This document shows positions 36,532-50,389 of a DNA stretch of 64,000 bases, piece by piece; the first letter of the stretch is position 1; each line of letters begins with the position of its first letter. This stretch comes from Amoebophrya sp. A120 (taxonomy: Eukaryota > Protista > Dinoflagellata), in assembly GCA_905178155.1 (NCBI GenBank), contig CAJINV010000005.1:3531902-3595901 (forward strand). Reading direction: 5' to 3'. Below the pieces are notes generated by a model, which was not told the DNA's origin, ran no database searches, and saw only the letters and a program-made list of their open reading frames with translations. The position numbers and the translations under genes were made by a program.

Positions 36532-39500
36532 CTACTTCTTCTTATTCCACTGCAAAAAGAAGATCATGTTTTTGCTGATCTGAATCTGTTGCAAATTTTC
36601 CAGCCACGCCAGTTGCTGTTCCGTCACCTGCGTTTTCGCGAGGAGTAAATCCTTCTTGTGTTGTCGGAAAATGAACTTCTTGTTCTTCTCATCGTTTGGG
36701 TCTATCCCGGCGATTGTTTCGTTGTAGCAGTCCGCGATTCTCTTCGACGCCTCCTCTAACTGCGGAATCGTAAAAGGACACGACGAGATAGACGTGTTTG
36801 CAGCTGGTGCAGTTGCGGTTGCGGTTGTTCTAGAAGAAGTACTGGAAGATGAAGATGATGGTGCGGATGCCTTAATATTAGCCCCAGCCGCCGGTAGAGG
36901 TAGTTGTACTTTCTTCATCGGCTGCTGCTGTTCTTTCTGCTTCTCGAATTTCCCCAACCTCAGTTTAATCAGCTTTGCGGTCAACGGCTCTGCGGGTAAA
37001 GCCATCTTTTCGCGGAAACTCAGAACTTTGTCCTGCTTCTTCAACTTCTTGTTAATATCGGCAGAAGTTTTGTTGTGGCAGAGGACCGGCTTGGAGAAGA
37101 TAGCGCTTGCGGCCGTGTGCTGTGGGGCGGTCGACCCTTGGGCTACACTGGAAGAAGAAGCGCCTGGTAGAATAAAGTTCTTGTGTTTGGTCGAGGACGA
37201 TCAGCAAGAAGAGTCTTCTTCTTGTTCCGATGAATATGAAGATTTGCAATTGCAGCACTTACGAAATACAACTTTAAAATTGGAAAGCATCGCACCGAGG
37301 AGCAACCGTCGATATTGCAATAATCCCGTCGAGCGAAAACAAAAGTAATTTTTTTTTTAATTATACAAATCACAAACTAAAAACAGCGAGTTAGCACGTA
37401 GACAACTTCAGATTAGCACGTAGAAAACAAAAGTAATTCTATACCTGCTGCACTGGACGACGAGGACGACGATCCGGCCCCGGTGAAGTTTTTGCTGCGC
37501 ATTTCCCTCTGAAAGTTTTTCCAGCCCGTTGCAGATATATTGGACGTGGTGGTCGACGACGTTTCTTTGTTTAAGTTTATCCCGGTGCTGGTCGTGGGCT
37601 CCTTTCGCCGTCTCTTTGCAGCGGCGGTCTCTGCAGCTTGCGCTAATTCACTTTGCTCCTGCGCCACTGATTTCGTCCCTCGAGGAAGGTCCTGGCCGTC
37701 TGGCTGTGGACATTCAGATGAACAAGCAGCGGCCGGCGCGGGCTTTATGTTTATTTGGGCAAGAACCGCAGTGCTAGCGGAATCATGCTCGACGTGGTGG
37801 TCCCCACCAGATTTTTGCTTTGTTCGCTGGGAAAGATCGACAGCCGCAGCGGGAGGTCGTGGTGGGGCTGCCTGGATTGCTCCTGCTTCTAGGTTGATGT
37901 CTTCTTCTACCACGACGTTTTGCGGCTTCAACATCTGCTGCTCAACATCTTCGGTTCGCTCCCTCTCAGCCCTAGCCGGGCGCTTGTTACAGGTTGTACT
38001 AGAAGCCGAGGAGGCCGATGTTGCCGACACAGCATCTACGAGACCTGCTCCAGGTCGTGGCGCATCAAGAGACGCCTGCGCAGCTGATTGTGAAGACGAG
38101 GAAGAGGCAGAAGCTGCTGATGTTCCTGCCAGCGTAGAACTAGCGGATTTCTCCTTCTCAGTGGCCGTAGCAGCCGCGGAAAGCTGCTCCGCAGGAAGAG
38201 GATGTGGTCGAGCGGCTTGTGATGCGTCATTTGCATCTACATCTAGTACACCAGCAGCATGATTTCTTATCCTTGTTTCTCGCTCGACGTTCGTCTGCAG
38301 CTGCTCCGCTTGTTCTTCGACGTCCATTACTCCAGTATCTCTTCTTGTCGCAGCAGCAGCGGCAGCAGCTGCCTCCACCTCTATCTGAGGAAATTCCGGC
38401 AGTAGCGATTCCCTCGTGCAGCTCCTTTCCCCGTATTCCGCTCTTTTCCGCTCCTCCTTCCGAAACTCGTGCGACTTATGCAATACAGATAAATCCCCGC
38501 ACACGTACTTGTAATTGCAAACATTAAATTTCAGTACTTAAATCAAAAATTTTGCCATATAAGAACCACAGCATGCCACCTGCCAAGCGGAGAAGAGGTT
38601 GAAGCAAAGGCCGTCATACACACCTGACTCCTGCGCCACATCCAAAAGAAAATCCTTTGCACCGTCGCCGCAAGCAGCTTTGGGCGCAGGACATGGAGAT
38701 GCACGGCCAGATGAAACCTACAGCATAAATCATTTGGCGGTCGTGTACGAGAACATCAATATCAAAATGTTTTGGATACAATTGGATTTTCTTCCACTGG
38801 ATGTCGCTGTTGCTCTCCGTTTCAAACCGGTTAAAGCTGCTGGATTCCGCACTGGAGAGCTCTTGCTCGTTTTCGACAAAACTCGAACTTCTGCGGTGGT
38901 GACTACCGCTGTGCGGGGCAGAGAAAAGCAGGTGACTCAGGCTCTTTTCTTGCTGCTCGGAGGTATCAATCTTTTTACTTTTCCACTGGTCAGTAGCTGC
39001 TAGCACTGGTAGGAGATTCTTATTCGCCTGCTCTTCAGCATCCGGACGGCGCAGCTGCTGGAGGTCCACCTGCATTATATCGGGTTGTGCTGGCCGCGGC
39101 ACATCAGGGCCAAGAACCTGGTTGTTGTTTGCACCTCCAGAAACAAAAACGCTGCTTGGCGCATGACCTTGCTCTTGACCATGCGCGGCAACTACAACCC
39201 CGATGTTGACAGGACGGCTGGAGGAGGACGAGCTGGAGGACGAAGATGACCCAGAAATCGAGGGCGTCACCTGCTGTAGTAGGTGCGGCAATTCTTCTTG
39301 CGGGTCGTGCACGGTCCTCGCGAGGGCGGGGGCTTGTTTATGATCTAGATCTTTCATTTGCAGCTTTTCGTCTTTGTCTTCCGCCACGCCGATCTTTGAG
39401 GTCGCCCCTACAAGTCTTTTTCTTTTCGGCGACGAAAAGACTCCGTCTTCCTGCTCTTCCACCCTACTCGTCTCTAACGCGTCGACTGCTGGCCCGGAGC

Positions 39501-41197
39501 AGCTGATGGACGCGTTTTTCTCTTTGTTCCTTGTCTTTGAGGACTTTTTCTTCAACACGGGATCACGACTTTCTTCCGCGGATAGCTGCATTTTTTTGCA
39601 GCTTGAGCTTGTTCCTGCAGCTGCACGACCATGATCCTGCTCGTCTCTTTTTCCAGACAACAACTCTAGTACTTCTTCGCCCTCTACTGCAGGGAAAACT
39701 TTGGAAGAAGAAGACTTTGCATTTCTCCTCGCCAGAACGTGCTTACTGCTTTGTTCCTCGTCGTCTGAGAAAACCTTGTCGTTGTAGCAATCCTTCTTGT
39801 GTAGGAGCGAAGCAGGACCACTAGTACCCCCAGCAACGTTTAATATTTCGTCGCGATCATTGGTCGACGGCGCTGCAACTTCCTTCTGATGTAGCTCCAC
39901 CGCCACTTCGCTGCCGTTGTTTTTGGGCGAGCTGCAACTTGGTTCGTCGATCATAGAGTGAAAAATACTCGAGTTTTGGCTCCGCGGGACGAAGCAAGCG
40001 TCTACCTCGCTTTCCTTCATCAGAGCCACCGAGGAGAGGTCCCGCATCGGCTCCAACTCGCCCACAAGCCGCGCCTCCATGTCCAGCCTCTTTGAGCAAC
40101 TGGCCGGTCCGTCGTCCCGGAATTTTTTCGACGAAGAGTTCAAGTGCCGGTTTTGCCGGGCGAGCAGGAGAAGGTCGTCTTCTTCGTCATACTGCGTTAT
40201 CTCTTTTTTACCACTGCGAAGCAGTTTATTCTTGATGTTGCCACTTCTCTTAGCGGACCGCCCCCTGCCGTCGTCCTCTCCGAGCAGTTCTTTGAGATTC
40301 ACGTGGTCCTCCTCTTCGCTGTGCTCGTTTTCCTCACACTCCTCGCTGTCGTGCCCCACAATCTCCATCCTGTCGAACTTCTTTATCCAGGAAAAAAAGT
40401 GTGTAAGTGTAACTTTTTGTGAGAAACAGCATCACAAATTTGCTCTACATGACAGAGAAAACCTGTCATGTGTGGCTTGTAAGGGAAAACACACATGAAA
40501 AGCGGACTTCATGGCTGTCTGGCATGACAGGTGTAACTCTGTTGCATGTTCTGCAACACAAATTTACACTTACACAGTTTTTTTCTTGGATATTCTTCCG
40601 CTTCCGCGCACTGGACATTCGCGAGGGAATCATCCAGTCCGCCCCGGGGGTCTTCCGATGCTCGCTGTTCGGCACCGGACTGTTGTTTGTCTCGCCGTTT
40701 TTGCCACTCCTTTTCACACCGATCGCGGCAAACGACTTCCGGATGGGGCGCGGTGTGACCATGGAGAGGTTCTTTTTGCTTTTCGAATTCGCGGAATCCG
40801 GTCGGGAATTTTTCTTGTTCGCGCCGCCAGGAGAGGATTGCTTGGAGTTGCTGCGACTGCGCGCTTTGTTGTTCAGTTTATTGATCTTCAAGTCGCAGCT
40901 CTCGAAGGTGGCTGCTTGGTTGTCGTCAAGTAGACTCGGGTCGCCAGTAATATTTTCTTGTTCATCTGCATCCTGGTCGGCGGTGATATTAGCAGCAAAA
41001 CTAGAAGCTGATGAAGAAGACGCTTCATTGCCACCAAGATTGTCAACTTGGGCATCTTGGTCTTCTTGGGTCTGTTCGACGCCTCCAGTAGCGCCGGTTT
41101 TACTCTTTTGGCTGCTGAGCACTGCTTTCTTCAGCGGAGGAGCGGGCTCGAGAACTTCGACGTCTGGCGTGCAAGAAGTTGATATTATTTTACTCAT
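36532..41197 (-). CDS. Large low-complexity hypothetical protein, multi-exon; may continue upstream to 43468
   Basis: ORFs 40466-41197, 38614-40368 and 37413-38504 join in frame across introners 40384 and 38477. The link to terminal ORF 36532-37044 is inferred via an AT-rich intron near 37200-37444. Confidence 0.6.
38477..38778. mobile_element. Introner family D-like (302 bp) with extra internal sequence; degenerate DR CGACT/CAATT
   Basis: Left end TATGCAATACA...CCCG.ACA.GTAC resembles 26740. Removal plus 5 nt restores frame (...KKIQ.HEFRKEE). Confidence 0.65.
40384..40592. mobile_element. Introner family E (209 bp), DR TTCTT
   Basis: IR TATCCA.GAAAAAAA.TGTGTAAGTGTAA; removal gives RKRKKFDRMEI. 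Confidence 0.9.
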
Positions 41198-41376
41198 TCA
41201 TCGGCTCTACTTTACTATTTCGGATTCTGATCACTACGCATCAAAAAAATCACGCCAACACGACCATGCTGAAAGAGAATAGTTTTTGCTCCGGCTACTT
41301 CATGTCGTAATAGTAATATCACTCAGCTGATATTACTGGTAGGTAGACGTTTTTGCGCCGGGGGCTACTTCATGTC

Positions 41377-43468
41377 CTAATATCTTCGCTCAACGGAAGA
41401 TAGACAGACGTACAACGACATCATCATACCTTCATCCCACCGCACATTGACAGCTGCCGTGCGCTTCCTGCCGGAGTTTTTCCTCGTTGGCCGGACTGCG
41501 GACGGCGGGTTGGAAAGGATGGACTGAGGTAACGACTCCATACTTTTTGATGGAGCAAGTTGTGCCACTTCGTCCCGAGGCGCTGCATCTCCCGAATCGA
41601 CAAGGCCACCAGCATCTTGCTGCAACGGTGCCTTTGATGCGACGACGCTTCCCTGCCCATCGTGCGAGAGATCATCTACTTGGTCGTTCTGTGCGCTTCG
41701 ATTGAATACCCCAGATGACGATGGAGGCACATGCACATCAACATCAAAGTTGCTGCTACTAGAAGTAATTGCGGTGGTTGGGCGCGGGACTTCAGCGATG
41801 ATTCTTCCTTGTGCTTCATCATCAGTGATGGCACCAGCAGGTCGTGGTCCAGCGCCTGCAGCAAGGGGGTTTCTTCGTGGACGATCACCAGCACCATCAG
41901 CATTTCCCTCCAGAACTACATGCTGGTCCTCCTCTTGTAGGTTGCCAAGAAGATGAGCGGCGTCCTCGCCTTCTGCCTCGCTCTCCTCCTCCTCATCGTC
42001 GTCGAAGGTGCCTTTTTGGAAGTTGCGATACAGTAGAAAAATCATGCCAGCTTCACTTCAATTTCCATGACATAGACATAGAAAAATTACATGACATACT
42101 TGCCACGTGGTCATCATCATGTTAATGATCTTGTTAAGTAATTTGACTGCATGCAGGGTGGACCTGCACGCAAAGACGAATCATGCAAACAAGGTGGTCC
42201 TGAACTACACCAATTCCAACAAAGCAACTAGGTACGTTCCAATCCCAGTGCCTCGATCAATTTGGTTTCAATGATCTCATTCGGCACCGTTTTCACCGCC
42301 CACCGTTTCTCCACAGATTCCTCGCGGAATTTCTTCAAGTTTCCGAAAGATTGGAACTGCAGGCTCAGGATGTTGGGCACGATCACGGTCTGTTTTGGGT
42401 CGTGAATTAAAGGTTGCAAAATCATGTTAGAAACGAAATAGGCACGGAAATCTGATGAAAGTGAATGCGAACTACTATGCTTTGAAGAATAATTATGCAA
42501 GAGCGCCGGAGCAGCAGACATCAGCATGAAGGTTTTATCGGATAAAGATACGTATGTCATCGGTTTCCTTTCCGTTTCCACGTGTACTACGTAGCCTGCT
42601 TCCATTATCACACAGAAAAAAGCTACAGTTACCACTACTGCAAAAATAAGCGCACACAAACCAAGATGATGAACTAACTCTCTTGCACAATGTCTCACAC
42701 AGCAGGCTATGGGCTCGCCAATTGGAGATTTTTCCGTTTGTTGGTCTGTTTTTAATTTTCGCATCACAAATGTGACCACCTGCCCGCTTTCTATTTCTGT
42801 GTGATATCCATGTTCGCCAGCGGGTGCTTCTTCTTCACCACCTTGATCCAATCTCCCTCCTCGATCACTTCGCCCACCGTGCTGGCCTTTTTCCCGCCGC
42901 CGGTAGACAGTTTTCCAAGTCCCGGGGTCTTGCTGTTTGTGGACAGCGCCACGGAAGATCGAGGTCCATTGCTCGTAGCGTGCTTCGCAGCACGGGGAGG
43001 ACCAGCTGGCGTTTTATTCACCGCTGCTGCACCAGCAGGTTTTGCCGCTGCTGTCTTCATCGCGCGAGTGCTGGTCCTAGCGTTATTTGCGGCCTGCTTC
43101 GGAACAAGATGAGCAGCTCTAACATTTGATGCATTGCTCGCTTTGCTGGCAGCGGCCGAAGCTGGCGGAGAGGGTCGCCGCGCGGAGGACGAATTTTGGC
43201 CACCTCCGACAAGATCGTCCCTCGACGGAACTACGGCTTCGGCGGCCCCCGGGCTGCCGGCAGGTGAAACTGCAGGGGTCAGCAGGAGCTTATTTTCGAG
43301 TGGTCGTCCGGTGTTCGAGCTGGTACTTGAAATGAGACAGGGCCGCGCTTGTCCGGGTCCTCCGGTAGTTGTACCTGCGACGGAAACTCCAACAGACATC
43401 GAGGAGCTGGACGAGGATTTATTTTGGTCCGGCTTCTGCTCGCCGGGTTTGGCATCAGAGGAAGACAT
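41377..43468 (-). CDS. Hypothetical protein, multi-exon; possibly the 5' half of the 36532-41197 gene
   Basis: ORF 42791-43468 joins 42228-42605 across introner 42606 (HPLANMEAGYVV), then probably 41377-42028. Confidence 0.55.
42606..42806. mobile_element. Introner (201 bp), DR TCCAT
   Basis: IR TATCACACAGAAA; perfect DR; frame restored. Confidence 0.9.
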
Positions 43469-44473
43469 CTTGAAAACGAGCTACACGACACCACCTCCTC
43501 CTGATGATGATAGCTTTTCAACAGAAACGACTCCTCGGTGTTGTAGTTCGCCTTCGTAAAAGATTCACTTACACCACTTGCTAGCTGCTCGCTGCAGCAG
43601 CCTCGCGGCAGGATATTGAACAGTCTCTACTAGGACCAGCTCGCTCTTCGTTTTCCTCGTTTCTTACACATCTGTCAAAACATCTACATGATCCTGAGCC
43701 TGATAGATTGTTTGTCGCGTCGCATAAAATAAACTTTGTTCTGGTTTCCAACTAATGGTCAAAAGCGTGTCTGTGAGGTTCTCGATTGCTTTGAAACAAA
43801 CGCTTTCAACTGCTCATGTGGATGGTTCATCGTTGTCAAGAATTGAGTAAGTAAATGAATGTAAGTAAGGTAGAGTAGACTCCTCGTCCTCGTCTTGCTG
43901 CTAATGGAACACATCAAACAGATAAGCGCCGGCGTTCGCGTTTTCATGAAACATCTTCGGGACGACGAAAAAGGCAATCATGAGGAGGACAGGACGAGAT
44001 CCACTCGGTGAATTACCTACGATAGAGGAAACAGAATAATTCTCGTGATATAATTGATACAGCGCAGCCAAACATTATTCATTGAACGTCGCCGCGGCGG
44101 CGGCTGCAACAAGAGCGAAGATATGAAATCGCGCTGGTAGGGCATTTGAATTTATCCTCTGTAGTGAGTGCGTTTTCTTTCATCTCATCCTGCAGAGAGG
44201 CCATGGGTCGTGGCGAAGTCTTCAACAAATGCAAATTCTTCACGACTCTACTAGTCACTACATCTTTAATATCGGCCATTGAAACCACTCGTCAAGAAGG
44301 ACATATCTAGCCCTGCGTTCAAAAATCGTGTTTACTGGCGCCAGTGGCCATCGCAATACCACTTGACTTCTGCGTGAGCATCGTTTCGGTTTTCTTTTTC
44401 TTCCTTCCAAATGTGTTAGCTGGAAGAGGAGTCCACGCTCGTCCTGATGGCTTCTACTCCGTTCCAAAACAAG

Positions 44474-44926
44474 TCAAAGTTTGGATAGGTTTTGGTTCTG
44501 GCAGGTACTCTGGACGACGTCTACACTTTTGGTGCAACCATCTGCTGCGACTTGGACCCCATCTAATCCTGTCCTAGCAGTTGGCAGCCCGGGACCAGCT
44601 GGGGTGTCTACAATCTTAGACCTGTCGATCACGTTTTTCGTTTTCCCCTCGGCCACCTCCTGAGCAGGCACAGTAGCAGTTCCAGCTCCCCCTGCCATCC
44701 TGTATGCCAAGTACCTCGCCGCGCTCCCCAGTACCAAATACGCGCCGACGAAGCTCGCGAGCTTCCCCCTGCTTGAGGCGTTTCGTTTTGGAAACGCAAT
44801 TTTGCTCACGATTAAGCCGGAGAGAAACGGCACACCGCAGATAACTTCTTCCTGTGTGCTCAGCCCGTAGCTTGCAAGGCTGGACGTGGCGGCAGCGGCA
44901 GGAATGTAACAGAGGGGACAGCACAT
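44474..44926 (-). CDS. Small hypothetical membrane protein
   Basis: MCCPLCYIPAAAA... with hydrophobic segments VICGVPFLSGLIVS and LASFVGAYLVLGSAARYLAY. Confidence 0.5.
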   Translation of the reverse strand: MCCPLCYIPAAAATSSLASYGLSTQEEVICGVPFLSGLIVSKIAFPKRNASSRGKLASFVGAYLVLGSAARYLAYRMAGGAGTATVPAQEVAEGKTKNVIDRSKIVDTPAGPGLPTARTGLDGVQVAADGCTKSVDVVQSTCQNQNLSKL

Positions 44927-45636
44927 GGTTTTTACTCGCTCTGAATTTAGAAAAGGGAATAGGCTGCTGCTTTGAGCGGCTCGAAACATTGGGATTTATT
45001 TTTAATTTACCGATACAACACTTACGAGGAAGAAAAGGACCAGTAAAGAAGTTGCTGTGAACAACAAAACTAGTGTGTGTGAGTGTGAAGCAAGCAACTC
45101 ACTGTAATAACGTCGTAAAGCATAATCTATAAGCGTTTCCGACTCTCTTCAACAAAATAAGTAATACGGTCTTCATGATTTGAGTTTGTTTGATGATCTT
45201 GTTCTACTAGTCCTAGACAGAAATTAGCTCCGGGGATCATTGTGCTCATTTTTGGAGACAGCGACCACACGAGAGAGCACAAGCAGCTTGTGGAACAGCA
45301 AATGGAGCCGACGACTTCGCCGAGTTGTTTTCCATCTACTCCAGTGCTTGAAGTTTGTGCGTCATGGTCATGATATTCATTTTTGGGAGGTAGGAGCTCA
45401 ACCTTTCGCATGCTTTGCGTGGCTACTTTCAAACGTTTTTCTGACAGACCGCCATTGCGATCAAGTTAGAATGTTGTGATGCTGTGAAATTATGTACAGC
45501 TACTTTCAGCTTCAGGTCGGAAAAACACCGTGTTCTGTCGGCGACAGACGCAGGCCGAGGAAAAACTGAACTGATGTCATAGCGAAACAGTTCTCTTGTT
45601 CACCCGATAATAATATCTCGTCGAAGCACCCGGATG

Positions 45637-46920
45637 TCAAAACACACCACACCTGATAACCCGCCGCAGTTGATAGCCGTACCTGTTATAAAACCAAGCC
45701 ACTCCTAACACAGGCAACGGAGTGAGCAGAAGCGTACTCGTAAATTCTTTGTAGTCCTTGTTGTAGTCGTCGATTCGTTTTCTCTCCGCAGAGAAGGGGT
45801 TGAACGGGAGGCCCTCCACTTCGTTCACATTGTTTATCTTCAACGTTTCTTCATCAAACTTCTCAGTGTCATAGGTTCTCCATTCCCACCACGAAATCCA
45901 AATCAGCGAATGGATGATGAACCAAACGATAAGGATGAGGCGCGCAAATTTACTCCGGATCCCGCTGAAGGCGGCCGAGAGAAGCAGCGTGGCTGTGTTG
46001 GAGACAACAGGTGGGTCGACGTGCTGGTGGTTGTTTACTGAATTACTGTTGTGAAGATGATCTCCTGCGTTAAAATTGTGGTGTTGAGAGGCGGGGGTTA
46101 TAGTAGTAGATCCAGGGTACTGCTGGTGCTGGTACTGCTGCGCAAGATAAGCTTGCTGTTGATCATGTCCTCCTCCAGCCCCATACATCGACGGAGAAGT
46201 TGTGTCGTTTTGGATGTTATAGCCCGAATGATCGGCACTACTCGTGGTCGAATTAGCGAAAATCACTTGTGGTTGCTGGTACTGCTGGACAAATCTTTGC
46301 GGTGCGATGTCACGCCGCTTGCTAACTTTATTGCCGTTGTGGTCCCCGCGGCCCGGACTAGGACCACTACCATCCACCTCGACGTCCGCGTTGTTTTCCA
46401 GGTCAGCGGCAATACCGGAGTCTTTCTTTCTGTCGTCCCAATAAAGGAAATGAGAGAAAACGACCGGAAAATCCAGCACCCATCTATGATAGTTGAAAGA
46501 CAAGGCCAGAAAATGCACAATGTAGAAGAACCGCCAGGAAACGCTCTGCTTCTCGTGCAGGCAGTCTCGGCCCATCGTCAGCGCTGCCATCTCCGGGTCG
46601 GCTTCGTCGCCGCAGGGGACAGAATTCGCACGCGAGTAGCTTCCGCCGAGGGCGACGACGGCGGTACTCAGACAGTAGAGGACACACCGCCACCAACGGC
46701 TTTGCCGCAAACCCGCATTCCGTTGGGTCTCGAATTGTTGCTCGGCTCCGCGCTGCTCCCCGGCGGAGACCAGGTAAGCCAGCAGCGCCCAATGCGCACC
46801 AAAAACCAGGCCGAGAAGAGCGTAGGAGGTAAGGATGAAGAGCCGGGTGAGGTAAACGGTCAGGGCGGAGCTTAGGTTAGAAGAAGTAGTAGTACTACCC
46901 GCTCGTCCTGAGGCGGACAT
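45637..46920 (-). CDS. Multi-pass membrane protein of unknown function
   Basis: 427-aa ORF with about 5 hydrophobic helices and a Q/H-rich loop. Confidence 0.7.
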   Translation of the reverse strand: MSASGRAGSTTTSSNLSSALTVYLTRLFILTSYALLGLVFGAHWALLAYLVSAGEQRGAEQQFETQRNAGLRQSRWWRCVLYCLSTAVVALGGSYSRANSVPCGDEADPEMAALTMGRDCLHEKQSVSWRFFYIVHFLALSFNYHRWVLDFPVVFSHFLYWDDRKKDSGIAADLENNADVEVDGSGPSPGRGDHNGNKVSKRRDIAPQRFVQQYQQPQVIFANSTTSSADHSGYNIQNDTTSPSMYGAGGGHDQQQAYLAQQYQHQQYPGSTTITPASQHHNFNAGDHLHNSNSVNNHQHVDPPVVSNTATLLLSAAFSGIRSKFARLILIVWFIIHSLIWISWWEWRTYDTEKFDEETLKINNVNEVEGLPFNPFSAERKRIDDYNKDYKEFTSTLLLTPLPVLGVAWFYNRYGYQLRRVIRCGVF

Positions 46921-48225
46921 ATTACTAAAAATTTTTGGAGGTGGTTCTTTTGCTGATGCGTAGATCTGGAGTCAGCAAGCGATGTTGGGAATCATGGGAG
47001 TACAGAAGCAGGTGAGTGTGGTGAAATACTGGGTAATATGTTGGGATCTGTCGTTCTTCCATCAGCAGTTCGGAAACAAGATCAGTTTCGATATCCTGGA
47101 CAAATCCTCACTTTCAGGCCGTTCTTCGCAAAAAATAAATCAAATCAATATAGGAAAGAACCAGCTCACTTCTTGTTCTTCCGTGCATCATCCACCTTTC
47201 TTAGTAGCAGACCAGGGCGGACCGACCGACGCTTGAATCGTTGTGCGACAACACATCAACGACGGGATCACTGCAGCTCGTGGACGAGACTCAGCAAATA
47301 CATACAGCATTCAAATTGATCAATCCATCTCCCATGAACGAGGTTAGCTAGAAGTACCGACTCTTCTTGGCTTATCACGTCAAGTAGTACTCGGTAGCCT
47401 GCTACTTGGATGAATGATACGCCTGAATCGCGGCCTGACACAAGAACTAGAAGAACCCCCCTTCTGTTCCGTATTTTTTTATTTTCAAAAATATGCTTGC
47501 GCAGGAGACGAGGTGGTACCAGCACCGGGACGACCTGGTCCAACCGATTGGCCTTTTAGAAATCGCACCAATGCGATTGCGACATACGATCATGTTGCAG
47601 CGATTAAGAGATTCACGATTGACCTCCAATTGCCAGAGTGTCAGGGATCGCTGAAGTGAGAACATCACATAGCCAGCAATTCAAATAAGAATAACGCGAC
47701 AAGGAAGATGAAAAAGAAGTGGAGCCCGTGATAAGCATTTTAGTGTCGATATTATTCATATGAAGATGAAGAGTGAACTTCTCTACCCAGTACCCCGTTA
47801 GTTGTGGGCGATGACGCATATTAATTGCAATTCCTTTGCTGAGTTAAAATCCTCCATGTCCATCCGACAATAAAACATATAGATAAAATTAAGAACCGAG
47901 GACTCAAAGGAGGACACGAAAATGACGACACAACTACACGTATTGCTCTCAGCCTAAGCGTCACAAGTCTAATATTTTACAAAAAACTCTATTTCGTTTC
48001 GTTTCCATTTTCTTATGTAATCCATTAATTTTGTGGGAAAAATACGACCTTGTTAAACAACAACTCGAGCTATTCTTTCGAATTATCAGGCCTGCTGAAA
48101 GAACTGCTAGATCTATAGATACACACTGTACTCATAGTCTGTAGTTCTACTTGCAGTGACTTGCGTGCCGGTGCTGCGATGTGTGAAATAAACCACAGAG
48201 GTCCACCAGATCCACTACTAAGTAG

Positions 48226-49546
48226 TCAATATGCGAAAGGAAAGCCATCAAGTAACTTGATGATTTTCCTTTCACTCTTCTTCCTTCCATTCCGCTGCGG
48301 GCGAGAAGAGATAGAGAACAAATCGTCTGCATCTTCTTCGTCCACCTGCTGATCTTGAACAGGAGCGGCCCTGGAGGTGTTGTTCAAGACCACGCTCGTC
48401 GTTCGTCCAGGAGATGTAGCATGCTCGACTTCATCTTGTAGTTGTCCTTCTTCATCTCTACCTTGCACGACGGGGTTGCTTGCTGTTGCTGTTGCTGTCC
48501 CACCAGCACCTGTTCTTTCTTGTAAAAACGCGACCTCCGCTGCTGTGCTGGTCCTCGTCCTGCACGTATTAGTTCTACCTGGTTCGGCTGGTTCTTCCTT
48601 CTTTCACCACTTTCTTGGTAGGAACTGCTTGCGTTTTGGTTTTGTGTTTGTTCTCCTTCTTCATCTCCCTCTCCTACAATTCCAAACAGCAGTTCCAGTC
48701 CTCGCCTCGTTTTTTCCGAAGAAAGAACGAAGTCGTGGAGAAGGTGGTTTGGAGCTTCCTCGTCAGGAGCAGAAGAGGATCTACTCCTCGTCCCCGCAGC
48801 CCCGCTACGACCGTAGAAGTTATCGCACAACCATTTCCAACCCGCGGTTGCAATACTGCGGAGTAGAGCCGGTTGCGGCTCTTGTTGGTCACTTGATGCG
48901 CTACTTTTAAGATTTTTTACTGGTTCTTCTTCCTGCTGCAGCAGCATTTCTCCCGCCAGCTGGTCCAGTGCGTCCGAGAAAACAAAAGTCGCCAGAATGC
49001 CGTCTTCGTGCTGTTGTAAATCTTCGGCAAACGTGTGCAGGTTCACGGTTTTTTTGCGATGCAACTGCACCGTCTGGTTCACATTGCGCTGCCGGTCCAG
49101 CTCTTCTTGCAGGTCCTCGGCTTCTTGCAGCTCCTCATTCTTGGACGAGCCCTCTAGGTCGTGAAGATGTAGTTGCTCATCATCTTCATCTTCCTCATCT
49201 TCTTCTTCATCATCGCGGTTCTTTGACACAACTCTTGGGGTGGACAAAAGGGAAGATGATGGACTAGATGTTGACCGTGGAGGCCGTCGTGCTCCTGCGC
49301 CGGTGGAGTTGTTGTGTTCTTCATCAGAAGAGGACACGTTCTCCTCCGTGGTGTCCAGAACATCTTCGTCGTCTGTGAACAATAAATTCCTGTCCTCGTC
49401 CACCGCTTTTTGTCTAGTGCCGTCCTCTTGCTCTTGCGCCGCCACTAGTACGCCGTCGTGGTCGACGACCTCAGGCATCTCTTTAAGAGATGCGACCTCC
49501 GCCTCCTCCTGCTGCTGTGCTGGTCCTCGTCCTGCACGTATTAGTT
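48226..49546 (-). CDS. Acidic low-complexity C-terminal exon(s) of the large upstream gene; apparent frameshift near 48540
   Basis: ORF 48384-49757 looks coding from LIRAGRGPAQQ. The coding-like frame appears to continue in ORF 48226-48468. Confidence 0.5.
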
Positions 49547-50389
49547 TTATGCATACAAAGAATCGATGTAGAATTTTGCCCAAGCCTATCGGATCCGTGA
49601 CGCCGAGGGTGCGTGGCGACCAAGGGGGAACAGACGCGTTCCTCGGTCGTGGAGCGAGAGCGAGGCTCGAGCGGCCCCAGCACCCTGGCATCAGAGAAAC
49701 GCGACAGCGAAAAGAAGTGAGATCATCGACACGAAAGGATCTCTCACAAGGAAACAAATCTGGATCGAAAAGATCTAGTACGGTCTAAACAGTGCAAGGA
49801 TCCCAAATGATCTGTCATGCACGTCCTAAAACAATGGATGGAAATATGTGATGGCAGAAAAGTGATATCATGAGAATCGCCCATACCTGCAAAGTGCGCT
49901 CACTCACTCCGGAAAGCTTTCGGAACTTAGGCTTGTGATCACGCAACCAATGCTGTGCAAAGCGAACAACCATCATCAAAATCCACTTGCTGTGGAAGCT
50001 TTCAGAGTCACATTAAGTTGTCACGTGTATGGTGCCACCTAAAGTAACATTTTGAATGTCCTGTGTGCACGAAAAAATTAATGCTCAATGGTCTCTTGGA
50101 GACAAAAAAGACTCATGGCATGCTGCTTAACCAAACGGGTTTTGCATCTGCGCATTCTTCCCACCAGGGGCGCCTTTCCCTGCTCCTTTCTGCTGGATGC
50201 GGGCCTGGATCACTGGGCACTCCTTGGACCAGTGGCACACCTTTCCACCGCAGTGATGGCAGGGGAGCTTGCACGGAGCGGTACAATTCTCGTAACCCGG
50301 AGAGTGTCTGACTTGCAGACCGTAACCGTTGAGGTAGCAATTCTTGCAACCCGTCTGCGCGGAAGCGAAGTACAACTTGGTGAGGTTCT
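49547..50389. mobile_element. 843-bp insertion flanked by a 26-bp duplication, carrying a CCHC-like zinc-knuckle fragment
   Basis: TGGTCCTCGTCCTGCACGTATTAGTT at 49521-49546 and 50390-50415. ORF 50127-50375 has CHHCGGKVCHWSKEC. Removal restores EVGELIRAGRGPAQQQEE. Confidence 0.6.

Noticed and set aside
37199-37205. In-frame TGA as selenocysteine or stop recoding
   Set aside because: Low-complexity Ser-rich context next to an intron whose 3' boundary I cannot fix; other genes here use TGA as stop.
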